This document shows positions 46,610-55,472 of a DNA stretch of 64,000 bases, one piece after another. A program made the position numbers and the translations under genes. Positions within the stretch are counted from its first letter, which is position 1, and every line of letters starts with the position of its first letter. The DNA comes from an uncultured Gammaproteobacteria bacterium (GTDB lineage: Bacteria > Patescibacteriota > Patescibacteriia > UBA11705 > JABHMO01): positions 52,198 to 116,197 of the forward strand of contig CAZPYM010000004.1 in NCBI GenBank assembly GCA_964590105.1, read 5' to 3'. The notes beneath the pieces are model-generated. The model had not been told where the DNA came from, ran no database searches, and worked only from the letters and a program-made list of their open reading frames with translations.

Positions 46610-46638
46610 TTGCATTTCGCAAGTAAATTTAGTATATT
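46610..46638 (+). promoter_or_regulatory. sigma70-like promoter candidate (TTGCAT, 17 nt, TATATT) upstream of the folC-like gene
   Basis: Hexamers and spacing read directly, about 100 nt upstream of ATG 46742. Confidence 0.3.
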
Positions 46639-46741
46639 AGTAAAATAAAACTGATAATAGTTAATACCTGATTTACAAATTTATACTGATATACTGACTG
46701 AATCTAGTTATTCAGTATCTCATGTAAAAGTCACGTATGTC

Positions 46742-48085
46742 ATGTATTACTCTAATCTTCCTATGAACTTCCAATTATATAAACAATATTTAGAGGCTGA
46801 ACAATATCTCGAATCCATCGGCAACATGAGCAATGTTAATTTTTTCGAAGGAACGTCCAATCCGGAGCACCATTTCGCGCGCGCCAAATATCTTTTGAAA
46901 TTGGCCGGAAATCCTGACAAAGGCCTGAAAATAATTCATGTGGCCGGCACCAGCGGCAAGGGCTCGGTCGTGAATTATATTTATAACATTTTGCAAAAAG
47001 CGGGTTATAAAGTCGGGGCCCACTTCTCCCCTTTTATTTCCGTGTCCACGGAAAAAGCGCAAATCAACGGCCGCTTCATTTCCGCAAAAAATTTCATTGA
47101 GCTGGTGGAACAAATAAAACCGATCATGCAAAAATGCCATGAAACTTTTGATACGCCGAGTTATTTTGAATGCTGGCTATTAATTGCCCTGCTCTATTTC
47201 AAAAAACAAAAATGCGATTACGTCGTGCTTGAAACCGGCTGTGGCGGGCGCTATGACGCCACGAACGCTGTTCAAAAAACACTTGTTTCAGTTATCACCA
47301 ATATCGGCCTTGATCACATGCATATACTCGGGAACACGATAAAACAAATCGCTTATGAAAAAGCCGGCATCATCCGCCGGCGCGGAAAAGTTTTTACGGC
47401 CGCGCAAAAACCGGCGGCGCTGAAAGTTATTCAAGATACGTGCGACAAATTATTTGCTGACCTTACAATCGTGATTAACAGTCAAAAAACAAAAAATCAA
47501 AAAAACGAAAAACCAAGCCGGCTCGATCAACCAATCAACCAATCAACCAATCAACTTTTAGCCGCTGAAGTCGCCGAACACTTGGAAATTTCTCATAAAG
47601 ACATTGAACGCGGCATTGAACAAGTTAATCCCCTGCCGGCGCGCCTCGAAATCATCCGGCATAATCCTTTAGTTATTCTCGACGGCGCGCATAATCCTGA
47701 CAAACTTGACTATTTGGCAGAAAAAATTAAAAATCTGAAATTCAAAAAGCTCCACTTAATCTGCGCTTTGGGTCAGCACAAAAAACCAAAAAATTGTTTT
47801 AAAGAATTAATTAAACAAACCGATTCTCTGTATACAACTCGTTCGCTTTTGGCTTTCAGGAAGTTCATTGATCCCATTGTGGTTGCCAAAGAGTTGAAAA
47901 AAATAAAACAAATTCCAACACAAATTTTTCTCGATCCGCAAGATGCGCTGGCGACCGCTCTAAAAAAAGCCAAAAAAAATGATTTAATTTTAATCACCGG
48001 TTCATTTTTTCTTTGTAGCGATTTAAGAAAAAACTGGGTCAGCGAGGAAAAACAGCTTGAGCAGAGAACAAGTTTTCCAAAATAA
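46742..48085 (+). CDS. folC: Mur-ligase-family folylpolyglutamate synthase / dihydrofolate synthase-like protein
   Basis: P-loop IIHVAGTSGKGSV. Mur ligase middle and C-terminal domains (LILITGSFFL). Contains an NQPINQSTNQ low-complexity insert. Confidence 0.7.
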   Translation: MYYSNLPMNFQLYKQYLEAEQYLESIGNMSNVNFFEGTSNPEHHFARAKYLLKLAGNPDKGLKIIHVAGTSGKGSVVNYIYNILQKAGYKVGAHFSPFISVSTEKAQINGRFISAKNFIELVEQIKPIMQKCHETFDTPSYFECWLLIALLYFKKQKCDYVVLETGCGGRYDATNAVQKTLVSVITNIGLDHMHILGNTIKQIAYEKAGIIRRRGKVFTAAQKPAALKVIQDTCDKLFADLTIVINSQKTKNQKNEKPSRLDQPINQSTNQLLAAEVAEHLEISHKDIERGIEQVNPLPARLEIIRHNPLVILDGAHNPDKLDYLAEKIKNLKFKKLHLICALGQHKKPKNCFKELIKQTDSLYTTRSLLAFRKFIDPIVVAKELKKIKQIPTQIFLDPQDALATALKKAKKNDLILITGSFFLCSDLRKNWVSEEKQLEQRTSFPK

Positions 48086-48096
48086 ATTTTTTAAAT

Positions 48097-48140
48097 AAAA
48101 AAACCCGTCTCGAATATTATCAAGAGACGGGGTTTTGCAT
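48097..48140. terminator. bidirectional rho-independent terminator (stem cccgtctc/gagacggg flanked by an A-run and a T-run)
   Basis: Read directly between convergent genes at 46742..48085 (+) and 48141..48605 (-). Confidence 0.6.
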
Positions 48141-48605
48141 TTAAACGATCTTTTTCCAGCCTTTGTCAGTTTTCGCAAAATAGTTATAACCGAATCGAAT
48201 AAGCGCGAACTCACTCGAAAAAACTCGCCACGACACCAAATACTTGAACAGCTTTTCCGACAAAGTTCTTGCCCTTTTCAATTTTCTGCCGACCTCGCTA
48301 TTCACGTCAAAACCGACCAAAAGCATTTCTAAAGACAGCCCATTGACTGAACGAGTCCTTTTCTTAATTTGCATCTCCACTCTTGATAATCCAAAGTGCG
48401 AACGCGCATCCTCGTCAACCCAAATCATCACGCCGCCGCTTTTCCAGAATTCATCATTAGCCTCTCCGGCCACTGCGGCATATCCTTCTTTTTTATTGCG
48501 CAGATTTTCTTGCGCCGCCGCTATTGCCTTTTCCGCTTCTCTTACCGCGGCTTTCTTTACCCGACATTCCTGCAATTTTGCCCTTAAGGCTGTTAAATCT
48601 TTCAT
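48141..48605 (-). CDS. hypothetical soluble protein (154 aa)
   Basis: SD GGAGGT 4-5 nt upstream of ATG 48605 (MKDLTAL...). The track start at 48677 would overlap the upstream gene by 70 nt. GC is above background. Confidence 0.35.
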   Translation of the reverse strand: MKDLTALRAKLQECRVKKAAVREAEKAIAAAQENLRNKKEGYAAVAGEANDEFWKSGGVMIWVDEDARSHFGLSRVEMQIKKRTRSVNGLSLEMLLVGFDVNSEVGRKLKRARTLSEKLFKYLVSWRVFSSEFALIRFGYNYFAKTDKGWKKIV

Positions 48606-48607
48606 CT

Positions 48608-49069
48608 TCAACCTCCATCGTTCACATTCAAAATATCTTCCAACGCGCCGGCATAATGCCTCCAAAACTCTATCCAATTTAACAGCAATTTTGTATAGGC
48701 ATTATTAAACCACACAAGCGGAAAAAATGCCCCGGAAAAAAGGAAAAAAAGTCCCAAAGACCCGAAAGCATCGTGAAGACCGCACAAACTCAAAACAACT
48801 GCTACGAAGAAAAACACAATTGCCACCACGACCATCCAATGGATCATTCGAATACGACCCAACAAAATTCGATCCCAATGCGCCACCTCTTCCATGTCAG
48901 CCGTAAGCCGCTCTTTCACCTTTGAAGAAAGTCCGGTTCTTACCAGCGTTTCTTTCCACTCGGACAGATCAAACACTTCTAATTGCCCGAACATCAATCT
49001 AGCGCCAACCTTTTTGCCGGTCTGTTCGGTTTTTCTGCGGAATTCAAGTATGTTGTTCTTGTCATTCAT
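48608..49069 (-). CDS. hypothetical membrane protein (153 aa, 2-3 TM helices)
   Basis: SD GGAGGT 6 nt upstream of the ATG. Hydrophobic core IHWMVVVAIVFFFVAVVLSLCGL and LGLFFLFSGAFFPLVWF. Coupled to the downstream gene with a 2-nt gap. Confidence 0.35.
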   Translation of the reverse strand: MNDKNNILEFRRKTEQTGKKVGARLMFGQLEVFDLSEWKETLVRTGLSSKVKERLTADMEEVAHWDRILLGRIRMIHWMVVVAIVFFFVAVVLSLCGLHDAFGSLGLFFLFSGAFFPLVWFNNAYTKLLLNWIEFWRHYAGALEDILNVNDGG

Positions 49070-49324
49070 CTTTTACCTCCGCGTAGATTTCAAGCCAAGT
49101 TAAGAGATCATTGTCAACAAACAATATTCATCCGAGATTACCACGCAAAAATCGTTTTGTCAATAAGGCAAAAACTAAAAATTGGAAATTGGAAATTAGG
49201 ATTGAAGCCGATAAATTTTTCAGCCAACCGCAACCCCGGTTTCGAATTTCCAGTTTCCAATTTCTTTCCCCGCATTTGACAAACTTTTTCATGTCTGTCA
49301 TATTAACACGTGAAAAACGCAAAC

Positions 49325-49462
49325 GAATTAAGAGATTAAGTTAATTACGTTAATCAAGTTAATTGAGTTAATCGAGCCCCCTTAAATTCTCTAATTCGCT
49401 AATTCTCTAATTAGCCAATTCACTAATTCGCTAATTCACTAATTCGCTTAATCTCTTAATTC
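49325..49462. mobile_element. 138-bp palindromic element with perfect 16-bp terminal inverted repeats and internal 9-10-bp tandem units, ending 9 nt before the topA ATG
   Basis: Left gaattaagagattaag (49325-49340) is the exact reverse complement of right cttaatctcttaattc (49447-49462). The interior has gttaatNNN repeats in the left half and ctaattNNN repeats in the right half. Confidence 0.45.
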
Positions 49463-49470
49463 GCTTTTTT

Positions 49471-51690
49471 ATGAAGCTAGTCATCGTCGAATCACCGACC
49501 AAAGCCAAAACAATTTCCAAATTTTTGCCGAGCGGTTACAAAGTCGAATCTTCATTCGGCCATGTGCGCGATCTGCCGGCCAAGCAGATGGGCATTGATA
49601 TTGAAAATAATTTTGAACCGACCTATGAAGTCAGCGAAAAATCTGAAAAACATGTCGCCAAACTAAAACAACTGGCCAAACAAAGCGAGCAGATTTTGTT
49701 TGCTTCTGACGAAGACCGCGAAGGAGAGGCGATTTCATGGCATTTGAAAGAAATTTTAAAACCAAAAAATTACGAACGCATTACTTTTCACGAAATCACG
49801 AAAAAAGCAATTGAACAGGCGCTGGAAAGTCCGCGCGATATTGACATGAATTTGGTTGACGCCCAGCAGGCGCGCAGAATTCTCGATCGGCTGGTGGGGT
49901 TTGAATTATCCCCATTTCTTTGGAAAAAAGTGGCGCGCGGATTGTCGGCCGGACGAGTTCAATCAGTGGCTGTGCGGCTGGTCGTGGAAAAAGAACGGGA
50001 AATTGAAGCATTTAAAACTGATGAATATTGGACGCTGGACGCGATTTTTAGTCCTGATGAAAAAAATAAATTCGAAGCCAAACTCCATGCCAGAGACGGC
50101 CAGACATTAAAAAAGTTTGATATTAATAATGAAAAACAAGCAAAAGAACTGACGGATGAACTGGAAAAGAAAAAATATCAAGTCGCCAACATCGAAGCAA
50201 AAGAATCCAAGAAAAAAGTGCCTGAACCATTCCGCACCTCCACCCTTCAACAGGCCGCCGGCAACCGACTTTATATGTCAGCCAAGGACACCATGCGCGT
50301 GGCGCAACAATTATATGAAGGAATTAAGCTCGGCGAAAAAGGCGCTGTCGGACTTATCACCTACATGCGCACTGATTCATTAAATCTTTCCAATGAATTT
50401 TTAAATCCCTGCCACGACTACATAAAAGAAAAATTCGGCAAAGAATACGTCCCGGCCAAGCCGCGCATTTTCAAAACCAAAAGCAAAGGTGCGCAGGAAG
50501 CACACGAAGCGATCAGGCCCACACACGTACATTTTGCGCCGGACGAGATCAGACAATATTTGGACGACAAGCAATTCAAAGTTTATAATTTGATCTGGCA
50601 GAGGGCAGTGGCCAGCCAGATGAAGGAAGCGCTGGTCAGCTCAACTACGATCGACATCAATTCAGATGATAATAATTTTACTTTTCGCGCTACAGGGCAG
50701 ACAATTAAATTCGACGGCTATCTAAAAGTTTACCCGACAGACACAAAAGAAACTCTTTTGCCTGAACTAAAACAGGCGCAGGTAGTTGATCTTGACGAAC
50801 TCAAACCAAACCAGCACTTTACCCAGCCGCCGGCGCGCTATACTGAAGCCGCGCTGATCAAAGCGCTGGAAGATTACGGCATCGGCCGGCCGTCGACCTA
50901 TGCGCCGACCATTTCCACTATTCAGGAACGCAACTATGTTATTAAGGAAGAAAAAAAACTAAAACCGACCGACATGGGAAAAATAGTCAATGACATTTTG
51001 GTGGAACATTTTCCCGACATTGTTGATTATCAATTCACCGCGGAAATGGAAAACAACCTGGATAAAATCGCCGACGGCAAGAAAAAATGGCAACCGGTCA
51101 TTAAAGCTTTTTATACTCCATTCCATTCCAACCTCGAAAAAAAGAGCAAAACATTGACTAAAAAAGAATTGACCGAAGAAGCGACTGAAGAAAAATGCGA
51201 AAAATGCGGCGCTCCCATGGTTATCAAAACCGGCCGATTCGGCCGCTTCATGGCTTGCTCCGCTTATCCCGAATGCAAAACAACAAAACCTGTTCCCGGG
51301 TCAGAAGAAGAAAATCATGAGCCAGAATTGGTTGATGAAAAATGTCCTGATTGCGGCGCTGCGCTGGCCAAACGGCGCGGCCGATACGGCGCGTTCCTCG
51401 GCTGTTCAAATTATCCTGATTGCAAATTCATAAAAAAATTCAGCCAATCAACAGGAATCAAATGCCCTGAATGCGGCGAGGGTGAAATTGTTTCGCGACG
51501 AGGCCGCAGCAAACGAATCTTCTTTGGTTGCGACAAATATCCAAAATGCAAATTTACTCTCTGGGGCAAACCAACAGGCGAAAAATGCCCGGCCTGCGAA
51601 TCGCTCATGATTCAAAAGGGCAAAAACGAAGTTTGTTCAAACAAAGATTGCAAGACTAATAAAAAAGAAACTCCTGAAGAAAAAAGTTAA
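49471..51690 (+). CDS. topA: DNA topoisomerase I with four C-terminal C4 zinc ribbons
   Basis: Toprim N-terminus MKLVIVESPTKAKTI. Type IA catalytic region. C-terminal CEKCGAPM..C, CPDCGAAL..C, CPECGEG..C, CPACESLM..C ribbons. 739 aa. Confidence 0.9.
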   Translation: MKLVIVESPTKAKTISKFLPSGYKVESSFGHVRDLPAKQMGIDIENNFEPTYEVSEKSEKHVAKLKQLAKQSEQILFASDEDREGEAISWHLKEILKPKNYERITFHEITKKAIEQALESPRDIDMNLVDAQQARRILDRLVGFELSPFLWKKVARGLSAGRVQSVAVRLVVEKEREIEAFKTDEYWTLDAIFSPDEKNKFEAKLHARDGQTLKKFDINNEKQAKELTDELEKKKYQVANIEAKESKKKVPEPFRTSTLQQAAGNRLYMSAKDTMRVAQQLYEGIKLGEKGAVGLITYMRTDSLNLSNEFLNPCHDYIKEKFGKEYVPAKPRIFKTKSKGAQEAHEAIRPTHVHFAPDEIRQYLDDKQFKVYNLIWQRAVASQMKEALVSSTTIDINSDDNNFTFRATGQTIKFDGYLKVYPTDTKETLLPELKQAQVVDLDELKPNQHFTQPPARYTEAALIKALEDYGIGRPSTYAPTISTIQERNYVIKEEKKLKPTDMGKIVNDILVEHFPDIVDYQFTAEMENNLDKIADGKKKWQPVIKAFYTPFHSNLEKKSKTLTKKELTEEATEEKCEKCGAPMVIKTGRFGRFMACSAYPECKTTKPVPGSEEENHEPELVDEKCPDCGAALAKRRGRYGAFLGCSNYPDCKFIKKFSQSTGIKCPECGEGEIVSRRGRSKRIFFGCDKYPKCKFTLWGKPTGEKCPACESLMIQKGKNEVCSNKDCKTNKKETPEEKS

Positions 51691-51734
51691 TTGGGGTAGT
51701 TCAGTTTGAGAAGATCTAGTTAATCAAGAAGATA

Positions 51735-51768
51735 TCAAAAAAGATCCGGCTCCGCGCCGGTCTTTTTT
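51735..51768 (+). terminator. rho-independent terminator after topA (ccggc-tccgc-gccgg then TCTTTTTT)
   Basis: Read directly. A second stem-loop (cccgc-taat-gcggg with flanking A-run and T-run) at 51894-51921. Confidence 0.5.
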
Positions 51769-52259
51769 GATTTGTAAGTTGAGTTGATTTTGAATTTTGA
51801 ACTTTGGGTTTCTCAAAAAGCTGCCGCCTGCATTTTCCCCTTTGGATTTGAAGCAACTTCCTTTGAATTTTGAACTTAGACTTTTGGATTTCTCAAAAAA
51901 CCCGCTAATGCGGGCTTTTTGAGTGTAGGGTTCTGGATTGAAACCCCAATTAAAGTTGATGATAGGGTATCACAGAGACCCTACGTGACTATAATAACAA
52001 ATGATTGACAGACTGACAAGGGCATTAATGTAATTCAGAATCTTTTCCCTTTACATTACAAAAAATAACTAAATTAACTATTTAAAACGAAAACTCCTAG
52101 ATCAGAGACCCAGGAGCTTTCAAATTGAGATTCTAACCTACCATCAACAAAGGCATTATAGCAAACTTTAGCCAACTTGTCAAGTGCCCCAACAAAAACG
52201 AACCCCGTAAAACTAATCCTCTATTGATTTTTTCCTAAAATATGCTTAAATAATAGTAT

Positions 52260-53903
52260 ATGCCGGTCAATGAAATAATCCAATCAATCAGGAAAAAACA
52301 ACCCGAATCCTCAATTAAAAAATTTGAGAACAGTTATAATCTACTCAAAAAAAATACCTCGGACCTGACTTTTATTGATAAAAAAAATGTTATTCGCAAA
52401 GCGCTTGAAAGAGCGCTTTTTGCTGCCAAAGAAAATGCTTGCATTGAATACACTTGCGCGGTGATGTTTTTCGATCTCGGAAAAAGAGACAAAAATATTT
52501 ATAAGGAAATAAAATCAACTCTTGGCGAAGACATTGAGCGCGTTGTCAAAAGTTACAACTATGCAGAACAGCATCTGGGACCGGAAAAAAAATATTTGCT
52601 GGATCATTCCGAGCGCATCGCCCTCGACCTCGCCTACGCCAAGCTTGACTCCGCCGCCATCTGCACCGCGCTTTTGCATGAAGTACCCAACAACACGCAA
52701 ATAACAATAGAGGATATTGAAAAATTATTTGGCAGTGAAATCGGAACCCTGTCGCGCAATTTCCAAAAAATTCGAGCCATCAAAACCACCAACAATCAGC
52801 AATACATTTCTCATTTACGGGAAATGACCGTGGCCATGGCCGCTGACTTGCGGGTAATTATTATAAAAATGTGTTCCAATATTGACCGCATGCTAAACCC
52901 CACAGTGGAATCAGAAGAAAAACTGATGAACATTGCCCTTGAATCGCGGGAAATATTCGCCCCCCTGGCCGACCTTCTGGGAATCTGGCAGCTGCGCTGG
53001 CGACTTGAGGATTATTCTTTCAAAATTCTTGAACCGCAAGAATATGAAAAAATTTCCCGCAGATTTCACGTTGACGAGAAAAAAAACAGGAACAAATACA
53101 TTCAAAAAACAATCAGCCTCCTGCAAAATGCGGCCAAAGAAAATAAGATCGTCTGTTCAATTGACGGCCGCTTCAAACATTTTTATAGCATTCACGCAAA
53201 GATGAAAGCCAAGAAAAAAAGTTTCGATGACATCTGCGATGTTTTTGCTTTGCGAGTAATTGTTGAAAAGGTTGATGACTGCTATAGAATGCTTGGTCTT
53301 ATTCATAATCTCTGGCGCCCCAAAAACCGGCGCATCAAAGATTATATTGCCGCTCCAAAAAGCAATAAATATCGCAGTCTGCACACAACTGTTTTCGGCT
53401 TGAACGGACGAGCGACTGAATTCCAAATCCGCACAAGAGAAATGCATGAAGAAGCCAACTATGGCATCACGGCGCATTGGCATTATAAAAATCCAAGAAA
53501 AAAAATCCCGCCATGGATCCAGGAATTACTGCTCAAACAACAAGAATACACGAGCGATGAAGAATTTATAAACAAATTTAAATCAGATGTACTGGGCGAC
53601 AGAATTTATGTTTACAGCCCAAAGGGAGATGTCATTTCCCTGCCGGCCAATTCCACCCCTATTGATTTTGCTTATCACATTCACTCTGAAATCGGACACA
53701 AATGCAGTGAAGCTCTGGTCAATGATATTCCCGTGCCGCTAAACTACAACCTGGCAACTAATGATATTGTTCAAATAATACTGGATCGCAATCAGCGGGG
53801 GCCAAAAGCAAACTGGCTCGATTTCGTCAAAACAAACGCCGCCAGAAATCATATTGAAGACTATTTAAAACGCAAGCCAGTGGAAAGAAGCTTTAGACTT
53901 TGA
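52260..53903 (+). CDS. RelA/SpoT homologue with degenerate hydrolase domain (HD changed to HE, ED changed to NN), intact synthetase and TGS domain; no ACT/C-terminal regulatory domains
   Basis: Hydrolase-region ALLHEVPNNTQIT versus the canonical LHDVxED. Synthetase motifs RVIVEKVDDCYRMLGLIHNLWRP, YRSLHTTV, EFQIRTREMH. TGS IYVYSPKGDVISLPANSTPIDFAYHIHSEIG. 547 aa. Confidence 0.8.
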   Translation: MPVNEIIQSIRKKQPESSIKKFENSYNLLKKNTSDLTFIDKKNVIRKALERALFAAKENACIEYTCAVMFFDLGKRDKNIYKEIKSTLGEDIERVVKSYNYAEQHLGPEKKYLLDHSERIALDLAYAKLDSAAICTALLHEVPNNTQITIEDIEKLFGSEIGTLSRNFQKIRAIKTTNNQQYISHLREMTVAMAADLRVIIIKMCSNIDRMLNPTVESEEKLMNIALESREIFAPLADLLGIWQLRWRLEDYSFKILEPQEYEKISRRFHVDEKKNRNKYIQKTISLLQNAAKENKIVCSIDGRFKHFYSIHAKMKAKKKSFDDICDVFALRVIVEKVDDCYRMLGLIHNLWRPKNRRIKDYIAAPKSNKYRSLHTTVFGLNGRATEFQIRTREMHEEANYGITAHWHYKNPRKKIPPWIQELLLKQQEYTSDEEFINKFKSDVLGDRIYVYSPKGDVISLPANSTPIDFAYHIHSEIGHKCSEALVNDIPVPLNYNLATNDIVQIILDRNQRGPKANWLDFVKTNAARNHIEDYLKRKPVERSFRL

Positions 53904-53945
53904 TATAATGGTAAAGCGATAAAGAAAACTGGGACAGTGATAAAT

Positions 53946-53973
53946 GAGAAGTGAAATTTAAATGTCACTTCTC
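53946..53973 (+). promoter_or_regulatory. perfect 9-bp inverted repeat gagaagtga-N10-tcacttctc in the leader of the second RSH gene
   Basis: Read directly. Related sequence tgaaatttaaatRtcacttctcac upstream of rpsU (35024-35056), and gagaagtgaaat upstream of der (38990-39010). Confidence 0.4.
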
Positions 53974-53995
53974 ACATCCCACCTCCCCCCGCTAT

Positions 53996-55447
53996 ATGAC
54001 AATCCGCCAATTGATTGAAACAATGAAAGAAAATTATTCTGCCGACGAGATTAGATTAGTCGAGCAGGCTTATGATTTTGCCGCTGAAGCTCACAAAGGG
54101 CAAAAAAGATCAACCGGCGACGATTACATTGAACACTCTTTGCAGACCAGCAAAACCCTAGCCGAGCTAAAACTTCCGGCGCCAATGATCGCGGCCGGCA
54201 TGCTCCACGACGTACCGGAAGACACCAAAAGAACGCTTGACGAAATTACAAAATTATTCGGCACAGACATCGCCAAAATGGTTGAAGGCATTACAAAAGT
54301 TGGCCGCGTTAAATATAGAGGGATTGATCGATACGTTGAAAACCTGCGCAAAATGTTTGTAGCCATGGCCGAAGATATCCGGGTGATAATCATTAAATTT
54401 GCTGACCGCTTGCACAATCTGCAAACTCTCTATGCCCGACCCGCCGATAAACAAAGAAGAATAGCGCTCGAAACTCTGGAAATATATGCGCCAATTGCCA
54501 ATCGACTAGGAATTGGAGAACTCCAAGCCAGACTTGAAGATGCTGCATTTAAATACGCTTATCCGGAAGAATACATCAAAACAGAACAAATGATAAAAAA
54601 GAATTTTCCGATCAAAAAGAAAACGCTAAATAACATGATCCGAAAAATAAAAAATAAATTAGACAAAGACTCTATTAAATATTATGATATATATGGACGA
54701 ACAAAACATTATTACAGTTTTTACAGAAAATTTCTTAAATACAACAGGGACATAAAACAAATATACGATTTGGTGGCCATGCGTATCATCGTGAACTCTG
54801 TTGCTGATTGTTACGCTACGCTCGGCGTGATCCACAATCTCTGGCGGCCAATCCGTGGTAAAATCAAGGATTACATTGCTCAGCCAAAACCAAACGGCTA
54901 TCAATCACTGCACACTGCAGTATTTGGCGATGATCAGGAAATTGTTGAAATACAAATTCGAACGCAAAAAATGCACGAGCAGGCAGAACTCGGTATTGCC
55001 AGCCACTGGCGCTACAAAGAAATGCCGAAAGCCGGCAAAAAAGAAATTGAATGGGTCAGCGAGCTAGCCAGCTGGCTAAAAAATGTCAAAAACAACGACC
55101 AACTTTTGGAAGGCGCAAAAATTGATGTTTTCCAAAACAGAATTTTTGTATTCACGCCACAGGGCGATGTTATTGATCTGCCTGACGGCGCCACACCGGT
55201 TGATTTTGCTTATCACATCCACACGGAAATCGGCAATAAATGCTCCAGGGCCATGGTTAATACTGAAATCGTGTCGCTCGACCGAAAACTAAAAAACGGC
55301 GACGTGGTGCAAATTATTACTGACAAAAATCGAAAAGGGCCAAATCCTGAATGGCTTAAATTCATAAAAACCAGAACCGCCCGCGCCCACGTCGAATCTC
55401 AAAAAAATAAAAACTGGAAAAAATTCATTCCAAAATTTTCCAAATAA
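53996..55447 (+). CDS. bifunctional RelA/SpoT homologue ((p)ppGpp synthetase/hydrolase) with intact HD domain, synthetase and TGS; no ACT domain
   Basis: HD motif EHSLQ...AGMLHDVPEDT. Synthetase RIIVNSVADCYATLGVIHNLWRP, YQSLHTAV, EIQIRTQKMH. TGS IFVFTPQGDVIDLPDGATPVDFAYHIHTEIG. ATG at 53996 preferred over the GTG at 53951, which lies inside the leader hairpin. Confidence 0.85.
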   Translation: MTIRQLIETMKENYSADEIRLVEQAYDFAAEAHKGQKRSTGDDYIEHSLQTSKTLAELKLPAPMIAAGMLHDVPEDTKRTLDEITKLFGTDIAKMVEGITKVGRVKYRGIDRYVENLRKMFVAMAEDIRVIIIKFADRLHNLQTLYARPADKQRRIALETLEIYAPIANRLGIGELQARLEDAAFKYAYPEEYIKTEQMIKKNFPIKKKTLNNMIRKIKNKLDKDSIKYYDIYGRTKHYYSFYRKFLKYNRDIKQIYDLVAMRIIVNSVADCYATLGVIHNLWRPIRGKIKDYIAQPKPNGYQSLHTAVFGDDQEIVEIQIRTQKMHEQAELGIASHWRYKEMPKAGKKEIEWVSELASWLKNVKNNDQLLEGAKIDVFQNRIFVFTPQGDVIDLPDGATPVDFAYHIHTEIGNKCSRAMVNTEIVSLDRKLKNGDVVQIITDKNRKGPNPEWLKFIKTRTARAHVESQKNKNWKKFIPKFSK

Positions 55448-55472
55448 AAAATAAAAATAACTTAAAAAAAAT

